Positions 47,509 to 56,983 of a stretch of DNA of 57,340 nt are shown piece by piece (the stretch's first letter is position 1; every line of letters starts with the position of its first letter). Source of the stretch: Verrucomicrobiota bacterium (lineage in GTDB: Bacteria > Verrucomicrobiota > Verrucomicrobiia > Limisphaerales > CANJXF01); the NCBI GenBank assembly GCA_038214755.1, contig JBBQRQ010000022.1, positions 1 to 57,340 on the forward strand, given 5' to 3'. Made by a program: the position numbers and the translations under genes. The notes below the pieces were generated by a model that was given only the letters and a program-made list of their open reading frames with translations, ran no database searches and was not told the DNA's origin.

Positions 47509-48224
47509 GTTCCTACCTCGACAAATTAAATTTGCGTCCGCAAGAGCGCCGCCTGGTCGTGGGAATCATGGCGGTCATTTTCGTCGTGCTTAATGTGCTG
47601 ATGGTCTGGCCGCATTTCGGCGATTGGTCCTTGGTGCGGGCTGACCTCGAAAAGGCGCGCAACGATCTTTTTAAATATGAAAAAAAGATCGCCCAGGCCA
47701 AAGGTCCGAATGGTTACGAGGCGCAATTGAAAAGGTTGGAAGGAGAAGGCGAAGCGGTCGTGGCCGAACAGCAGGACATCCAATTGTTTCGCACAGTGCA
47801 AAGCAAGGTCACGGAAAATAAAGTCAGCGTGAGCGACTACGGCAAGATTACGCAAACCAGCGGGAGCCAAAGCACCAATGAATTTTTTGAAGAGCAATCC
47901 ATTTCTATCGGCGTCAATACCGGAGAAAAAGAACTGGTGGATTTTCTGCTCGATGTGGGCGCGGGCAGTTCGATGATCCGGGTGCGCGACCTGGATTTAA
48001 AACCGGCTGATCAAAATCGTTATCGTTTGCAAGGGCGCGTTACGTTGAGCGCGAACTATCAGAAAAAACCCGCCGTGAAACCGGCGGCTCCGGTGGCGAA
48101 ACCCGCCGCGACCGCCGCTGCCAAACCCGCAGCGCCATCGCCCGCAAAGCCAGCCGTTTCTCCAGCAGCGGCTAAACCAAATCAGCCGGCGAAACCGGCG
48201 CCCTCCACCGTCAAAAAAACCTAA
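47505..48224 (+). CDS. GspM/PilO-like protein with Pro/Ala/Lys-rich tail
   Basis: TTG start overlapping the previous stop. LNLRPQERRLVV plus a TM and a coiled coil. Confidence 0.65.
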   Translation: MSSYLDKLNLRPQERRLVVGIMAVIFVVLNVLMVWPHFGDWSLVRADLEKARNDLFKYEKKIAQAKGPNGYEAQLKRLEGEGEAVVAEQQDIQLFRTVQSKVTENKVSVSDYGKITQTSGSQSTNEFFEEQSISIGVNTGEKELVDFLLDVGAGSSMIRVRDLDLKPADQNRYRLQGRVTLSANYQKKPAVKPAAPVAKPAATAAAKPAAPSPAKPAVSPAAAKPNQPAKPAPSTVKKT

Positions 48225-48235
48225 CCATCGCTCTT

Positions 48236-50476
48236 GTGAAAACTATCTATTCTCTTTTTCTCGTTCTGTTGTTCGCGCCGTTGGCCGAGGCGCAAATCAC
48301 TCAGCCCGCCGCGACGAACTCGGCGTCGAACCTGCCGGTGCCGGTGCCGCGCCGCGCCATTCCCACTCGCGGCGCAGCGGGCGCGACGAATTATTTCGGC
48401 GGCGCAAAACCTTTCACCAATGCGATTGCTCCATCCATTTCCACGAATCCAAACGCAACCGTTCTTCCCTCTCTTCCCTCTTTTCCTTCTGTCGCAAATA
48501 CGAATGCCGCACCAGCCACGCTTAGAACCAATCTCGGCACTGCGACTCGGCCAACGTCTCCATCAACTCCATCCGGTCCTCCATCTATTGGAGCGCCCGG
48601 TGTTGTCGCGAAAAGTCTCCCACCTACCAACGCCGTTCCCGAAGTCGGCAGCTACCATTACGACTACCAGCAAATGGCGCTCGAACAAATTCTCAGTCAA
48701 TACTCCGACCTGGTCGGACGAACATTGCTGCGCGGGCAGGGTTTGCCCGCTGCGCAAATTACTTTGAAGACGCATGGCGATCTCACCCGCTCGGAAGCGA
48801 TTATGGCTTTGGAAACAATCCTGGCGATGAACGGAGTAACCTTCATTTCGATTGGTGAGAAATTTGCCAAGGTGGTGGTCGAGGCGCAGGCGGGACAAGC
48901 GGGCGGCAAGTTTTCCAACGCGGATCCCAGCGAGTTGCCGGACGCCGGCAAATACGTGACGCAGATCATTCAGTTGAAATATGCGCAAGGTCAGGAAGTT
49001 CTCGGCGCGCTGCAACCTTTTGCCAAGACGCCGGCGAGCATTATTTTATTGCCGACAAGCAACACGCTTATTTTGCGCGACTACTCTGAAAACATAAAAC
49101 GGATGCTCGAAATAATTGAAAAACTCGACACCATTACTCCGGTTGATATTAAACCGGAAGTCATCCCCATCAAATACGCTTTGGCGACGGATATTTCTCA
49201 AGTGCTGGGAAGTTTGACGGCGAGCGGTCCGGGTCTTTCCGTGGGTCGCAGCAATACGCGGGGAGCGGGGGTGACGCCGGGCGGTTACCAGCCGGGGGCG
49301 CCCGGAGCAAATCCAACGATCGGTCAGCCGGGAGCGAATACCTTTCAGCAGCCGGGACAATCTGGGTTGGGTGGCGCGGGCACGACGCAACGAAATAGCT
49401 TCCAGCAAAATCTGCAACGCATCGTCAGCCGCATCGCCGCTGGCACGGGTGAGTTTCAAATTCTCGGCCAGGCAAAAATTATCGCCGATGAACGAACCAA
49501 CTCTCTTCTCATTTTTGCCAACGATCAGGACATGGTCATGATCAAAACAATCATCGCTCAACTCGACGTGGTGCTTGCGCAGGTTTTGATCGAAGCGATT
49601 ATCATGGAAGTTTCTCTCGACGACACCAAGCAGATGGGAATCAGCTATCTTCAACAACCCAAGACAACTGGGAAATTCACCGGTGCCGGCGGGGTTAATA
49701 ATGGGCAAACCATTCCAACTGGAGGAACCAACGGATCGACGCTGGGCATTCAAAATTTGGCCAGCGGCTTCAGTTACTTCGGCACTTTCGGAAATGATTT
49801 TGATGTCGCAGTCAACGCGATGGCGACAGACGCGCGCGTGAACGTTCTTTCCCGCCCACGCATCCAAACCTCGCACGCCGTGCCCGCTACGTTGTTCATC
49901 GGAGACACGGTTCCTTACATCACGGGCACTTCTTCTTACTTGAGTGTGAGTGGAGGCACCAGTTCGCAGTATCAGGAAAAGCGGGTCGGCATCACGTTAG
50001 ATGTCCTTCCGCTCATCAATCCCGATGGCCTCGTCGTGATGGACATTCAGCAAAATATCCAACAGCTCGGACCCAATCAGATCATCGATGGAAATCCAGT
50101 TCCGACCACGACGGAACGTTCTGCTCAGGCCAAAGTCGCCGTGCGTGATCGCGAGACAATTATTCTCGGCGGATTCATCAGCACTACTAAAAGCAAATCC
50201 AAATCCGGCGTTCCATATCTCAAAGATATTCCCGGTCTGGGAATACTCTTCCGCAGCTCGGCCGACAGCATGAAACGCGTTGAGTTGATCGTTCTGCTTC
50301 GCCCCACTGTTCTTCCCTCGCCGGAATCTGCCGCGTTGGTGGCGGCGACGGAGCGGGATAAATTGTCCGGCGTCAAACAAGGCGAGTTCGAGATTCGCGA
50401 AATGGAACGCAAACGTCAGGAACAGCTCGACGCGCAAATGCGGAAAAAATTAGGCATCAAAGATCGCCCACTCTAA
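48236..50476 (+). CDS. gspD: type II secretion secretin GspD
   Basis: IIADERTNSLL, QVLIEAIIMEV, VLSRPRIQT, GVPYLKDIPGLG.LFR. Confidence 0.93.
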   Translation: MKTIYSLFLVLLFAPLAEAQITQPAATNSASNLPVPVPRRAIPTRGAAGATNYFGGAKPFTNAIAPSISTNPNATVLPSLPSFPSVANTNAAPATLRTNLGTATRPTSPSTPSGPPSIGAPGVVAKSLPPTNAVPEVGSYHYDYQQMALEQILSQYSDLVGRTLLRGQGLPAAQITLKTHGDLTRSEAIMALETILAMNGVTFISIGEKFAKVVVEAQAGQAGGKFSNADPSELPDAGKYVTQIIQLKYAQGQEVLGALQPFAKTPASIILLPTSNTLILRDYSENIKRMLEIIEKLDTITPVDIKPEVIPIKYALATDISQVLGSLTASGPGLSVGRSNTRGAGVTPGGYQPGAPGANPTIGQPGANTFQQPGQSGLGGAGTTQRNSFQQNLQRIVSRIAAGTGEFQILGQAKIIADERTNSLLIFANDQDMVMIKTIIAQLDVVLAQVLIEAIIMEVSLDDTKQMGISYLQQPKTTGKFTGAGGVNNGQTIPTGGTNGSTLGIQNLASGFSYFGTFGNDFDVAVNAMATDARVNVLSRPRIQTSHAVPATLFIGDTVPYITGTSSYLSVSGGTSSQYQEKRVGITLDVLPLINPDGLVVMDIQQNIQQLGPNQIIDGNPVPTTTERSAQAKVAVRDRETIILGGFISTTKSKSKSGVPYLKDIPGLGILFRSSADSMKRVELIVLLRPTVLPSPESAALVAATERDKLSGVKQGEFEIREMERKRQEQLDAQMRKKLGIKDRPL

Positions 50477-50486
50477 ACTGGACGGA

Positions 50487-51398
50487 ATGCCCGCGCGCGG
50501 AAAAATTCTGGTCATCCGAGGCGGCGCCATTGGAGATTTCATTTTGACATTGCCCGCGCTCTCGGCGTTGCGGCGGCAATTTCCCGAAATTCATCTCGAA
50601 GTTCTCGGCTATCCGCACATCGCCGACCTCGCTGTCGCCGGGAGAATCGTGGATCGGGTTCGTTCGATTGAGTCGCGAGCGCTGGCCATGTTCTTTGCGC
50701 GTGGCGGAATTTTGTCCGACGAGTTGCGCGAATATTTTTCCAGCTTCGACATCATTATTTCCTATCTCTACGACCCTGATAAAATCTTTCAAACCAACGT
50801 GGCCGCTTGCGGCAAAGCGCAATTCATCGCCGCGCCCCATCGTCCTGATGAAAATTTAAAAATTCACGCGACCAAAGTTTTTCTTCAACCGCTCGAACGC
50901 CTCGCCATTTTCGAGGCCGACTCGGTTCCGCAATTATCTCTCAACCCTCAACCAAAAACTCGCAACCAACTCGCTCTCCATCCTGGCAGCGGCAGCGAAC
51001 GGAAAAACTGGCCGCAATCCCAATGGGCTGAGTTGATCGCGCGCATCCTCGACGAGACAAAACTGAATCTGCTTTTGATTAGTGGCGAAGCCGAGTCGAA
51101 TCGATTGAAAAAATTATCCGCGGATTTGCCAAAAGATCGTTTCCAACTTGCCGAAAATCTTTCGCTGGTTGAATTGGCTTCTCGCCTCCAAAACTGCGCC
51201 GCTTTCATCGGGCACGATTCTGGAATTTCGCATTTGGCCGCGGCTCTCGGTTTGCCAGTTCTCGTTTTGTGGGGCGAAACTGTGGAAGAAATTTGGCGGC
51301 CAGAAAGTCCGCGAGTGAAAATCATTCGCACCGCGAAAGGTTTGAATGGAATTACGGCTGAGCAGGTTGCCGCAGAGTTGGCGCTTTTCTCAATGTGA
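50487..51398 (+). CDS. glycosyltransferase family 9 (heptosyltransferase-like)
   Basis: ILVIRGGAIGDFILTLP, HPGSG..KNWP, FIGHDSGISHLAAALG. Confidence 0.92.
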   Translation: MPARGKILVIRGGAIGDFILTLPALSALRRQFPEIHLEVLGYPHIADLAVAGRIVDRVRSIESRALAMFFARGGILSDELREYFSSFDIIISYLYDPDKIFQTNVAACGKAQFIAAPHRPDENLKIHATKVFLQPLERLAIFEADSVPQLSLNPQPKTRNQLALHPGSGSERKNWPQSQWAELIARILDETKLNLLLISGEAESNRLKKLSADLPKDRFQLAENLSLVELASRLQNCAAFIGHDSGISHLAAALGLPVLVLWGETVEEIWRPESPRVKIIRTAKGLNGITAEQVAAELALFSM

Positions 51399-51465
51399 AC
51401 AGCCTTTCCGCCCAAGACCTTTGGAGCCGCGTAGAAAATCAGGACCGAGGCATCTAAATTTTCTT

Positions 51466-51622
51466 CTCTCATTAACACCGTGGCTTTAGCCCGGTGTCCA
51501 GTGCGCGACGAAAGATTCAGCCGTTTCAACGGCTTGTCCATACGGACGCCGAAGCCGTTAAAACGGCTGAATCTTTTCCTATACGATTTTCCCACCGGCT
51601 GAAGCCACGGTGTTAATGAGAG
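51466..51622. repeat. REPIN-like element, family of 31138-31288
   Basis: CTCTCATTAACACCGTGGCTT ... AAGCCACGGTGTTAATGAGAG. Confidence 0.85.
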
Positions 51623-51741
51623 TGAGGCGTCAAATAGAATTTAGATGCGTTAGCTTCGGGTAAAAAAATTGAAAACCGTTGACGCATGAAAACCCGTTAC
51701 CTAGATTAGCCGGACATTTTTTTTGGGCGGAAATTTTTTTC

Positions 51742-52878
51742 ATGACTAAACCTTCAACTCGAACAGCGGGCAACGGATTGGAAGGCATCGTCGCCGCCAG
51801 CACACGGCTCAGCGATGTCAAAGGCGATGTCGGCGAACTGATTTATTGCGGCTACAACATCAATGAACTCGCCGGAAAAGTTTCCTACGAAGAAGTCATC
51901 CATCTGCTCCATCGCGGCCATCTGCCGAACGTTAAAGAATTGGCCGAATTAAAATCCAATCTCGCCGCCGAACGCGATTTGCCACAAGGCGTCATCGACA
52001 TTATCAAGAAACTTCCGCGCACCACGCCGCCGATGCACGCGCTGCGCACCATCGTCTCGGCGTTGGGCTGTTTCGATCCCGAGTGCGACAACGACTCGAT
52101 GGACGCGCAACGCGAAAAGGCGCTTAGGTTGATCGCGCAAATTCCGATCATCACGGCGTATTTTCACCGCGCGCGTCAGGATAAAACTTTGTTGCCGCCG
52201 GATCATTCGTTGAGTGAAGCGGCGAATTTTCTTTATCTCGTCGATGGCGAAAAACCTTCCGCCGAAAAAGAAAAAATACTCGACCTGTGTTACGTGCTTC
52301 ACGCCGATCACGGAATGAACGCGTCCACTTTTTCTGCACGAGTCACGATCGCCACTTTGAGCGATATGTATTCCGCGATCACCTCGGCCATTGGCACTTT
52401 GAAAGGTCCGCTGCACGGCGGCGCGAATGAGGGCGTCATCAAAATGCTCCAGGAAATTGGCAGCGTGGAAAAAGTGGATGCTTACATCGAAGAAAGTCTG
52501 GCGCAAAAAAAGAAAATCATGGGCATCGGCCACCGCGTTTATAAAACACTCGACCCGCGCGCGCCGCATCTAAAACGCATGGCGCAAATTTTGAGCGCAA
52601 AAATTGGCGAGCCAAAATGGATCCAGATGAGCGAGCGCATCGCCGAGATTATGCTCACGGAAAAACATCTCAATGCGAACGTCGATTTTTATTCAGCGAC
52701 CGTCTATTACTCGCTGGATATCCCGACGGATTTGTTCACGCCCATTTTTGCCATCTCGCGCGCGAGCGGCTGGACGGCCCATGTGCTCGAACAACTCCAG
52801 GACAATCGTTTGATTCGTCCACAGAGCGAATATATCGGGCCGGTGGGATTGAAGGTGACGCCGATTGAGCAAAGGTGA
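51742..52878 (+). CDS. gltA: citrate synthase
   Basis: HADHGMNAST, GPLHGGANE, MGIGHRVYK, NVDFYS. Confidence 0.92.
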   Translation: MTKPSTRTAGNGLEGIVAASTRLSDVKGDVGELIYCGYNINELAGKVSYEEVIHLLHRGHLPNVKELAELKSNLAAERDLPQGVIDIIKKLPRTTPPMHALRTIVSALGCFDPECDNDSMDAQREKALRLIAQIPIITAYFHRARQDKTLLPPDHSLSEAANFLYLVDGEKPSAEKEKILDLCYVLHADHGMNASTFSARVTIATLSDMYSAITSAIGTLKGPLHGGANEGVIKMLQEIGSVEKVDAYIEESLAQKKKIMGIGHRVYKTLDPRAPHLKRMAQILSAKIGEPKWIQMSERIAEIMLTEKHLNANVDFYSATVYYSLDIPTDLFTPIFAISRASGWTAHVLEQLQDNRLIRPQSEYIGPVGLKVTPIEQR

Positions 52879-52886
52879 CAATTTCC

Positions 52887-52977
52887 ATTCGATGTTCAGT
52901 GTTCGATGTTCGATGTTCGATGTTTCGCATTGAAAACAAACATCGAACATCGAACACTGAACATCGAACATCCAACG
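52887..52977. repeat. GATGTTC heptamer-repeat palindrome
   Basis: TTCGATGTTCAGTGTTCGATGTTCGATGTTCGATGTTT ... AAACATCGAACATCGAACACTGAACATCGAA. Confidence 0.9.
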
Positions 52978-52987
52978 CCCATTAAAA

Positions 52988-53407
52988 ATGCCGCCGCGCG
53001 GTGTCATGGACACCAACGTTCTTTACGCCGGACTTCGTTCGCGCCATGGGGCTTCCTTTCAACTTCTTGATGCACTTTGGCAACGCAAATGGACCCTTCT
53101 TCTCAGCCAAACCGTGCTCACGGAATACGAAGAAATCCTCAAGCGCGAATCGGTCGCGCTCAACTTAACATTTCAAAAAATTGATGCTCTGCTCGACGCG
53201 CTTTGCGCTCTAGCTGAACGCCGGCGTCTCTCCGATCTTTGGCATCCGGTATTGAGTGAATCAGAAGATGAGGCGTTCGCGCATCTGGCTGTAGAAGCCA
53301 AAGCCGGTTATCTGATCACCCATAACGTTCGGCATTTAGAACCCGTTCGGAAGCTCGGCGTAAACCTTCTTGAACCCAAAGATTTTCTCGCAATAATACG
53401 CCTATGA
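52988..53407 (+). CDS. PIN-family toxin
   Basis: VMDTNVL, EYEEIL, DEAFAHLA, LITHNVRH. Confidence 0.88.
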   Translation: MPPRGVMDTNVLYAGLRSRHGASFQLLDALWQRKWTLLLSQTVLTEYEEILKRESVALNLTFQKIDALLDALCALAERRRLSDLWHPVLSESEDEAFAHLAVEAKAGYLITHNVRHLEPVRKLGVNLLEPKDFLAIIRL

Positions 53408-53640
53408 CGATGATTCACGCGCAGGTTCCGGACTATCTCGCCGCGCTCGCGGCAGAAACGGCCGCCAAAGAAAAAACCACGCTCGACCAAATTATCGCGC
53501 TGGCACTTTGCGCACAATTGGAAGCGTGGAAAGTGCGCGACGATATGGAAGTCCGGGCCTCGCGTGGGAGCCCCGAAAATCTTCGCCAGATTCTCGATCA
53601 GGTTCCAGACGCGCCGCCTCTGCCCGGTGACGAGAAATAG
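53404..53640 (+). CDS. putative RHH-type antitoxin
   Basis: ATGA overlap with the toxin. IHAQVPDYL..A..A.KE..TLDQII..AL and C-terminal VPDAPPLPGDE. Confidence 0.8.
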   Translation: MTMIHAQVPDYLAALAAETAAKEKTTLDQIIALALCAQLEAWKVRDDMEVRASRGSPENLRQILDQVPDAPPLPGDEK

Positions 53641-53709
53641 CGTTGAGAAAATCTCGCCGACCGTACCTTCGCCAATCTTGCCGTTTGAATCACATAGCGA
53701 ATTTTTTAA

Positions 53710-54915
53710 ATGAACATTCACGAATACCAAGCCAAACAACTCCTCGCCCAATACGGTGTCACCGTTCCAGCGGGGGAAGTCTGCGATACCGCGGAGGGCG
53801 CAAAAAAAATCGCGGAAAAACTTTTTGCCGTCGGTGAAAAAGTTGTGGTGGTCAAATCACAAATCCACGCCGGTGGTCGCGGCAAGGGAACTTTTAAGAG
53901 TGGTTTTCAAGGCGGCGTTAAACTTTGCAAGACGGCCGACGACGTATTTGAAAAAGCCAAAGCCATGCTCGGCAATATTTTGGTGACAAAACAAACCGGC
54001 CCGGAAGGACGCCTTGTTTCCAAGTTGTTGATCGATGCCGCGCCGCAGATCAAAAAAGAATTTTATTGCGCCGTCCTGCTCGACCGCGCGTCGTCCCGAC
54101 CAATCATGATGGTCAGCACCGAGGGCGGAATGGACATCGAGGAGGTGGCGGAAAAACATCCGGAAAAAATCCTCAAAGAAACCATGGACCCGGCCGTCGG
54201 CATTATGCCATATCAAGCGCGCAAGCTCGCGGTGGCTCTCGGTTTGAAAGGAGATTTAATTGCGGCCGGCGCAAAATTGCTTCTCGGCATCTACAAAACG
54301 TGGTGGGAATCCGACGCCGCCATGGTGGAAATAAACCCGCTCTGCATCGTCCTCGGCGCGGACGGGAAGGAAACTTTGTCCGCCGTCGATGCGAAAATCG
54401 GTTTGGACGACAACGCGTTGTATCGTCACAAAAATCTTCAGGAGATGCGCGACCTCGCCGAAGAAGCGCCGTTGGAAATCGAGGCCAGCAAATACAATCT
54501 CAACTACATCAAGCTCGACGGTTCTATCGCTTGCCTCGTGAACGGCGCAGGCCTCGCGATGGCGACGATGGACATTATTCAGCATTTCGGCGGCAGCCCG
54601 GCGAATTTCCTCGATGTCGGCGGCGGCGCAAGCAAAGAGCAAGTGACTGCCGCATTCAAAATTATTCTCAGCGATCCGAGTGTGAAAGGAATTTTGGTCA
54701 ACATTTTTGGCGGCATTATGGATTGCAACGTCATCGCCACCGGAATTGTGGCCGCAGTGAAGGAAACGCACTTGAGCATTCCGCTCGTTGTTCGCCTTGA
54801 AGGAAACAATGTTCAAGCTGGCAAAAAAACTTTGGCGGAATCCGGCTTGAGTTTAATTACTGGCGATTCCATGGCGGACGCGGCGCAGAAGGTTGTTAAG
54901 GCTGTCGGCAAATGA
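53710..54915 (+). CDS. sucC: succinyl-CoA synthetase beta subunit
   Basis: [43 protein letters not shown]. Confidence 0.98.
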   Translation: MNIHEYQAKQLLAQYGVTVPAGEVCDTAEGAKKIAEKLFAVGEKVVVVKSQIHAGGRGKGTFKSGFQGGVKLCKTADDVFEKAKAMLGNILVTKQTGPEGRLVSKLLIDAAPQIKKEFYCAVLLDRASSRPIMMVSTEGGMDIEEVAEKHPEKILKETMDPAVGIMPYQARKLAVALGLKGDLIAAGAKLLLGIYKTWWESDAAMVEINPLCIVLGADGKETLSAVDAKIGLDDNALYRHKNLQEMRDLAEEAPLEIEASKYNLNYIKLDGSIACLVNGAGLAMATMDIIQHFGGSPANFLDVGGGASKEQVTAAFKIILSDPSVKGILVNIFGGIMDCNVIATGIVAAVKETHLSIPLVVRLEGNNVQAGKKTLAESGLSLITGDSMADAAQKVVKAVGK

Positions 54916-54927
54916 TAAAATTGGAAC

Positions 54928-55308
54928 ATGAAAAATCGTATGGGAACTTTTTACACGAGTTGCAAAGTAGATAACCACGTTGATCGACGGAAGTCCGTTG
55001 AAGTCTCGAAAATGCTGGTGGACTCTGGCGCGGAGTTTACTTGGATCAATGCGGAAACCCTGAAGAATATCGGCGTCAAGCGTGAGGAAAAAAATTACAC
55101 GTTCGTCATGGCCAACGGGCTGGAAATCACTCGAGCGGTCGGCTTTGCCATCATTCATGTCGGCGATGCGTTGACGATTGATGAAGTCATTTTTGGCGAG
55201 CCGGGGGATTTACAAATCCTCGGCGCTCGGTCACTTGAAGGCATGAATCTGCGCGTGGATCCGCGCGCCAAAAAACTTGTCGCCGGTGGACCAGTTTTGG
55301 CCGCTTGA
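54928..55308 (+). CDS. small clan-AA aspartyl protease-like protein
   Basis: LVDSGA catalytic motif and ILGARSLEGMNLRVDP. Confidence 0.85.
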   Translation: MKNRMGTFYTSCKVDNHVDRRKSVEVSKMLVDSGAEFTWINAETLKNIGVKREEKNYTFVMANGLEITRAVGFAIIHVGDALTIDEVIFGEPGDLQILGARSLEGMNLRVDPRAKKLVAGGPVLAA

Positions 55309-55316
55309 GTTTCCGC

Positions 55317-55409
55317 TTATGCTCAAAGTCATCGAACTCGCCTTTTGTTGTTACGCCGTCACGGACATGAAGCGCGCCACAAAAAGTTGTTTAGACTTTT
55401 GGCGACTGA
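55317..55409 (+). pseudogene. chimeric junction: duplicated VOC gene 5' end fused to a degenerate sucC 3' end
   Basis: 55317-55377 matches 55954-56014 at 58/61 nt. 55380-55409 matches 54886-54915 at 22/30 nt, ending on the same TGA. Confidence 0.75.
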
Positions 55410-55421
55410 TACTTTGACCGT

Positions 55422-55655
55422 ATGACGATGACATTGTTGAAAGAAGCAGCGAAGCTCCCACTGTCTGACCGAATCAAACTGGTCGAAGACATCTGGAACT
55501 CCATTGCTGATGAAGCAGATCATCTTCCGTTGTCCAAAGAGCAGGAACTCGAACTCGATCGGCGACTGGCGTTGATGAGAAAAAATCCGACCCGGGCAAT
55601 TCCATGGGACCTTGCCAAGCAACGGATTTTGAAACGGCGATCGCCCGCAAGATGA
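55422..55655 (+). CDS. addiction-module antitoxin (TIGR02574-like)
   Basis: LPLSDRIKLVEDIWNSI..ELDRRL..IPW. Confidence 0.9.
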   Translation: MTMTLLKEAAKLPLSDRIKLVEDIWNSIADEADHLPLSKEQELELDRRLALMRKNPTRAIPWDLAKQRILKRRSPAR

Positions 55656-55948
55656 AGCGAGAGTTGACGATCCAACCGGAGGCGGAGACCGAAGCGAACG
55701 ATGCTTTCAACTGGTATGAAGATCAGCAGTCAGGTTTGGGCAGTGAATTTTACCGTGAACTAGCGCGCTGTTTTGAATTTATTTTAGCAAACCCACTCTT
55801 GTCGCGTGCAGTGTATCGCGGCTTACGGAAAAGAAAATTAGATCGGTTCCCTTACTTGATCGTTTATCAAGTGAGCGATGATGAGATTTCGGTCGTTTCG
55901 GTGTTTCACGGCAGCCGCAATCCTGCAGTTTGGAAAAAACGCGCGTAG
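55652..55948 (+). CDS. RelE/ParE-family toxin
   Basis: PEAETE..DAFNWYE....GLG.EF, RFPYLIVY, VFHGSRNP..W. Confidence 0.92.
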   Translation: MKRELTIQPEAETEANDAFNWYEDQQSGLGSEFYRELARCFEFILANPLLSRAVYRGLRKRKLDRFPYLIVYQVSDDEISVVSVFHGSRNPAVWKKRA

Positions 55949-55955
55949 TTTTTTT

Positions 55956-56330
55956 ATGCTCAAAGTCATCGAACTAGCCTTCTGTTGTTACGCCGTCACG
56001 GACATGAAACGCGCTCGTGAATTCTACGAAGGCGTGCTGAATTTGAAGGCCACCACCGTCACGGATTCCGGCCACAACCAGTGGGTGGAATATGAATTCG
56101 GCCCATATGCGCTCGCCATCGGATGCGCGCCCGGAATGTTCAAACCAAGTCCCGACGGCTGCGCCGCCGCGCTTGAAGTCGAGGATTTCGATGCGGCCAT
56201 AAAACAATTGCGCGAGAGCAATGTGAAATTCCGCATGGAGCCGATGGATTGTCCCTCGTGTCGCATGGCGATGATTTTTGATCCCGACGGCAACACCATT
56301 TGCATTCACAAACGGAACGCGAAGGAATAG
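55956..56330 (+). CDS. VOC/glyoxalase-family protein
   Basis: YAVTDMKRAREFYEGVL, LEVEDFD, FDPDGNTICIH. Confidence 0.92.
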   Translation: MLKVIELAFCCYAVTDMKRAREFYEGVLNLKATTVTDSGHNQWVEYEFGPYALAIGCAPGMFKPSPDGCAAALEVEDFDAAIKQLRESNVKFRMEPMDCPSCRMAMIFDPDGNTICIHKRNAKE

Positions 56331-56339
56331 ATTTTTGCC

Positions 56340-56558
56340 ATGAATGCGACCTTGGAAAAAGAATTGGACGCGCTCTCACCGGAAGAAAAAACCGAGGTGA
56401 TTGACTTCCTCTTGCCGAGCGTAGTGGGCAGCGACAACGATGAAATTTCCACCGACTTGCTGGCTGAACTGGAACGCCGTGACGATGCCTATGAAGCCAA
56501 TCCCACCGGCGCGATGACGTTGCGGGAATTCGACAAGAAGTGGTTTGGCCGGAAATGA
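56340..56558 (+). CDS. addiction-module antitoxin (TIGR02574-like)
   Basis: ALSPEEK.E.I..L..S..AELERRD. Confidence 0.85.
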   Translation: MNATLEKELDALSPEEKTEVIDFLLPSVVGSDNDEISTDLLAELERRDDAYEANPTGAMTLREFDKKWFGRK

Positions 56559-56860
56559 GTTTGCAACTCATCATCACGCCCGATGCCGATCACGATATTG
56601 AAGAAGCCTGTGCCTGGTATGACGAGCAACAAGCCGGTGTGGGACTGCGATTTGTTCTGGCGGTGCGTCTGCGCTATGAGGACATTTTGCGGTCGCCATT
56701 GTTGCCGCGTCCATTCGGGCGGAAAGCGGTTCGTAAAATTCGTGTCCCGCCTTGGCCTTATTTCATTTACTATCGGATCGTCAACGATGCAGAACTTCGT
56801 GTTGTGGCCGTCATTCACGGCGCTCGCGACCCAAAATATTTAAATTACCGACTCCGGTAA
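56555..56860 (+). CDS. RelE/ParE-family toxin
   Basis: PDADHDIEEA..WYDEQQAGVG.RF, WPYFIYY, VVAVIHGARDP. Confidence 0.9.
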   Translation: MSLQLIITPDADHDIEEACAWYDEQQAGVGLRFVLAVRLRYEDILRSPLLPRPFGRKAVRKIRVPPWPYFIYYRIVNDAELRVVAVIHGARDPKYLNYRLR

Positions 56861-56865
56861 ATCTC

Positions 56866-56949
56866 ATGGCAATACTCGTCACACCCCAAACCAAAATTCT
56901 CGGCGAAGGCATTACCGGCAGCTTTGGCGCGCGTCACACCGACGGCTGA
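56866..56949 (+). pseudogene. sucD: sucD 5' fragment (27 codons)
   Basis: MAILVTPQTKILGEGITGSFGARHTDG* matches the SucD N-terminus (MSIL....TKV.VQGITG..G..HT) and lies downstream of sucC. Confidence 0.8.
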
Positions 56950-56983
56950 GAGGCTGGCATCGACTCAAATTGAAACTCTTTAA

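Noticed and set aside
48060..48224. Repetitive AAKPAA-coding DNA
   Set aside because: Ordinary low-complexity protein tail, not an independent DNA repeat.
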